Source: an uncultured virus (IMG/VR IMGVR_UViG_3300042301_004094) (taxonomy: Duplodnaviria; Heunggongvirae; Uroviricota; Caudoviricetes). From it: a stretch of 20,000 bases of DNA. Positions 17,007 through 20,000 of the stretch are shown here, one piece after another (the first letter of the stretch is position 1; each line of letters starts with the position of its first letter). A program made the translations under genes and the position numbers. A model generated the notes under the pieces. It made no database searches and had not been told where the DNA came from. It worked only from the letters and a program-made list of their open reading frames with translations. The stretch spans positions 113,025 through 133,024 of IMG/VR virus record IMGVR_UViG_3300042301_004094; one strand, 5' to 3'.

Positions 17007-17438
17007 TTATTTCATTGATTGTTTTGTAGCAGTTGCGTACATAACTTTTTCAGCGTCTTTACCATATTTGTCAAAGCCATCTGATTTTTTCATTGCTTTA
17101 ACATTTTTTTCTTTTTTAGCTTTTTCGCTCTTAGTCATCTTACGCTCTTTAACTGGTTTGTCCATTGCTTTTAATTGTTCTTCAAGCTCTTTTTTCTTAG
17201 CTTCAAGTTCAGCAATGCTGTTATCCATATCATCCATCAAATCACCAATAATTTCTGTATCAACATATTGATTAATATTTGTTGGAATAGCAGATTTAAT
17301 ATCGTTAGCTTCTTTGATATCTTCTTCGATTTTAGCAATTTTTGCACTAATTGCTGCTTTATCACCAGCCTCATCGATCATTCTTAAACGTTCTCCGATA
17401 GCTTCTTTAATTATTTGGCGTAATTGAGTAGTATTCAT
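17007..17438 (-). CDS. Hypothetical coiled-coil protein with basic C-terminal module
   Basis: 143 aa; [17 protein letters not shown]-terminal KAMKK...KYG...VMYATATK. Confidence 0.7.
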   Translation of the reverse strand: MNTTQLRQIIKEAIGERLRMIDEAGDKAAISAKIAKIEEDIKEANDIKSAIPTNINQYVDTEIIGDLMDDMDNSIAELEAKKKELEEQLKAMDKPVKERKMTKSEKAKKEKNVKAMKKSDGFDKYGKDAEKVMYATATKQSMK

Positions 17439-17452
17439 TGTATGTGTTTATA

Positions 17453-17461
17453 TATAAATAT
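17453..17461 (-). promoter_or_regulatory. ATATTTATA box (putative late promoter)
   Basis: Plus strand tataaatat in a 30-bp gap, about 15 nt before ATG 17438. Confidence 0.6.
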
Positions 17462-17468
17462 GTAAATT

Positions 17469-18485
17469 TTAATCTAAATCTTGTAATCCGGTATCATCTT
17501 TTGTTAAATCACGAGCAATATCTCTTATTTCCATCTCAGCCCAACGTTTTTGAGAAGATGTTAATGTACCGTTGATTGCATTTTCAACAAACGGAAAAAA
17601 TTCATTATCAGATAATTTATAAACAGATGCAAAAAACAGTTCGCGAACACGTGGATCATCCACATCCGATGAAATATATAAATCATTAATAGCATCATAT
17701 ATGAATTTACCATAACGTAAATCTTCAGGTTCATTTGAAACCTTATCTACAGCATTAATAATTGATTGATTTTTTTCTTTATCTGATCCGAATCCTTCTG
17801 TACCTACGATTTCATATAATCCTTTTATAATTTCATGAACTAACATAGGAAAACACATTGCTTGTGCTTTAATTATAAATTGATCATTTTCATCATCGTA
17901 TTCCATTTCACTTTCACCACCCTGCATTTTAGCACCTTGTGCAATTGCTGCTAACATCATTGCAATAGCATTATCATCATCATAAGTACCAAATACTAAT
18001 TTTAATATTTCACTATATTTGTTTACTAATTCTGGATTGATTTGGTCAATGTATTCTTTGAATAGCATAAATGCAAAAGCTCCTCTAACAGATGCTCCTT
18101 GAGTAATACCGTTAATAAGACGACGTTTTGCTTTCATCTTTTCAGGATCATCTTCACCAAAATCAGGTTGTGAAGGATCTTCATTGTTAGGATTCATCTC
18201 AATATCCATATCATTACCTATACTAGCAATAATTTTAATATTAGCATAGTCAATAATTGGATAAGCATCAGTAACCATTTGGATAGCTATTGCCTCTAAT
18301 TCATCTCTATATCCTTCTTCAGCAGCTATAATTTGGTCTAATACTTCTTTAGAGCGCATCATTGTTTGCATTAATGGTCTATTACCAACCATTTGGCGCA
18401 ATGATTCACCAGACTTACCTTTCAAAGCAGCCATGGTGTTAGGTGAAAATATTTTGTCGTATTCTACTTCTAATAATTTTGCCAT
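17469..18485 (-). CDS. Hypothetical protein with HExxK(G) zincin-like variant motif
   Basis: 338 aa; KRRLINGITQGAS; FPMLVHEIIKGLYE; TAATG coupling to the upstream gene. Confidence 0.65.
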   Translation of the reverse strand: MAKLLEVEYDKIFSPNTMAALKGKSGESLRQMVGNRPLMQTMMRSKEVLDQIIAAEEGYRDELEAIAIQMVTDAYPIIDYANIKIIASIGNDMDIEMNPNNEDPSQPDFGEDDPEKMKAKRRLINGITQGASVRGAFAFMLFKEYIDQINPELVNKYSEILKLVFGTYDDDNAIAMMLAAIAQGAKMQGGESEMEYDDENDQFIIKAQAMCFPMLVHEIIKGLYEIVGTEGFGSDKEKNQSIINAVDKVSNEPEDLRYGKFIYDAINDLYISSDVDDPRVRELFFASVYKLSDNEFFPFVENAINGTLTSSQKRWAEMEIRDIARDLTKDDTGLQDLD

Positions 18486-18736
18486 TATTTTCTAGATTGA
18501 AATCTTTTAACAATTTTATCTACCATTTCTTCTTCATTCATTGAAGCCTTTGGCTTTGGTTTAACATCAGGATTTCCCAATGGACGACGAGGTTTTGGTT
18601 TATCAGTACCAGGTTTAGCTGGTATTGTTGTAGGTTCTGGGCTAACGCTTGGTTTTGAAGGAGCTACTGCTGGGCCTTCAGCTAATACTTTCTCTATCAC
18701 TTCACGGATAGTTTCTTTTAATTTACTTATTTGCAT
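18485..18736 (-). CDS. Small Pro-rich protein flanked by two amphipathic helices
   Basis: 83 aa; KLKETIREVIEKVLAE, Pro/Lys linker, MNEEEMVDKIVKRF. Confidence 0.7.
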   Translation of the reverse strand: MQISKLKETIREVIEKVLAEGPAVAPSKPSVSPEPTTIPAKPGTDKPKPRRPLGNPDVKPKPKASMNEEEMVDKIVKRFQSRK

Positions 18737-20000
18737 TCTTTTTTTCGTTTATATGTTTACGAAGTAATTCTTTAAATTCTTTTATATGACCTGGATGGTC
18801 TGCTAGGTATTCATTCACAATATACTGATGTGCTTCTGCCAATCCTCGTTGTTGTAACGCTGTTAATAAATCTGCAGGTGAAGCTAATGGTAATGCATTG
18901 TTCCCACCCTCATTACCTGTCAATATATAGTTACTATTACCGGGTTGTACGTTAATAGATGCTATTACTTGTTGGTTAGCTAATCTAATAATATAAATTT
19001 TACTACCACCAATTTGAATTACTCGTCCTACTCTACCTGATGTACCTAACAAGTTATTACGACGAGCTGCACCTCTATCACCATTTGGATCAACACGTGA
19101 TGCATTATTAACATTTAATCTTCTTAATATAGCTCTTGGTAAACGTAAATATGCTGTTTCTAACCCAATTGCATTCATTTCTTCACGAACATTTATATCA
19201 CCTGCTGCTGGAGCTGCGGCCGCCTGACGAGGAGCATTAGGTACACCTGCTGGTCTACCTCTTCTACCTGTTGTTGTACCTGCTGCTGGAGTAGCAGCTG
19301 GAGCTGCAGTACCTAACATTTGTGCTGCTTTAGAAGCAGGAATATTAGCAACAACTAATTTACCTGAATTAGAAGATACTGTGTAACTTGTTCTTGGATT
19401 TGTTGTATTAATAATATAAGGGACACCTTCATAAATAACAGATCTAAGTACACTCCCAGCTTGCATTGGGGGATTAGCTGAAATGATAGCTTTTCTAATA
19501 TCACCACCTGAATAACTGCTTACATTTTTTATAGCATTTATATAGTCATTATCACTAAATGCTAAATTCTTAGATCTTAAGTAATCAAACCATGCAGAAT
19601 ATACTAATCCATTTGCAATAGGTGAATTTCTAATTTGTTGCCTCCAATCCATTCCTGACCGTCCATAAACTGCTGTAAATATCAGACTAGTTGTACTTCT
19701 TTCTAAATATTGAATAAAAAATGGAGAATCAGGACTTTCAGTTGTAAGTACAACTGCTGGTCTTCCATCCCACTCAATAATTCTTTTATCTGCAGGTATA
19801 GATTTTAATAATGAAACAAATGCATCTTTATCTATAGTATTAGGAATATTATCTCTAACATTAAGTAATGATAATGCATTCTTTTGGAATCCTTCATTAT
19901 CTTTTTGTTGTGTAAATACTTCTTGTACCTCTTCATCATCGAATGGTACTTTAGAAACTTTATCACCGTCTATTTTATAAGATACAAATGAATTAGAATC
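18723..20000 (-). CDS. Large hypothetical protein, 3' part (starts beyond right edge), with AT-hook-like GRRGRP
   Basis: The frame of the listed 309-aa ORF has no stop from 19652 to 20000, so it is at least 425 aa; GRRGRP at about 19251-19268 lies in an Ala/Pro linker. Confidence 0.75.
   Translation of the reverse strand, partial: DSNSFVSYKIDGDKVSKVPFDDEEVQEVFTQQKDNEGFQKNALSLLNVRDNIPNTIDKDAFVSLLKSIPADKRIIEWDGRPAVVLTTESPDSPFFIQYLERSTTSLIFTAVYGRSGMDWRQQIRNSPIANGLVYSAWFDYLRSKNLAFSDNDYINAIKNVSSYSGGDIRKAIISANPPMQAGSVLRSVIYEGVPYIINTTNPRTSYTVSSNSGKLVVANIPASKAAQMLGTAAPAATPAAGTTTGRRGRPAGVPNAPRQAAAAPAAGDINVREEMNAIGLETAYLRLPRAILRRLNVNNASRVDPNGDRGAARRNNLLGTSGRVGRVIQIGGSKIYIIRLANQQVIASINVQPGNSNYILTGNEGGNNALPLASPADLLTALQQRGLAEAHQYIVNEYLADHPGHIKEFKELLRKHINEKKNANK

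Noticed and set aside
2227..17387. Numerous 60-92-aa plus-strand ORFs
   Set aside because: All lie antisense to well-supported minus-strand genes and show no recognisable motifs.
1..20000. Stop-codon reassignment as seen in some large phages
   Set aside because: Coding density is near complete in code 11; TAG (8837, 13175) and TGA (12894) end genes at sensible positions.
1..20000. CRISPR array or mobile element
   Set aside because: No regularly spaced short repeats, transposase or integrase were seen.

Overview
AT-rich (roughly 30% GC by eye) segment of a large T4-related (jumbo-type) dsDNA phage. All real genes are on the minus strand and use the standard code (TAA, TAG and TGA all act as stops). 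It holds the head-morphogenesis and packaging module: terminase large subunit, gp20-like portal, gp21-like prohead protease and an acidic scaffold-like protein running off the left edge. About a dozen unannotated proteins are interleaved, and they share short recurring peptide tags (an M-I/K-K/R-L-x-x-h-h-E decapeptide, L-x-x-I-I-R/K-E helices, R-M-Q-x-x-A-G-I/L) next to L/I-x-E sites. I read this as a candidate capsid-targeting and maturation-cleavage system, whose cargo would include an HExxH metallopeptidase-like protein and a PD-(D/E)xK nuclease-like protein. A four-gene non-structural cassette (FAD oxidoreductase, HxxDGPA protein, AT-hook protein, NadR-like P-loop kinase) sits inside the module behind a Bacteroidetes-type promoter. 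Six intergenic ATATTTAT boxes, three terminators, a possible pseudoknotted RNA and an unlisted 42-aa basic ORF were also found. Family assignments come from motif recognition only; no searches were run.
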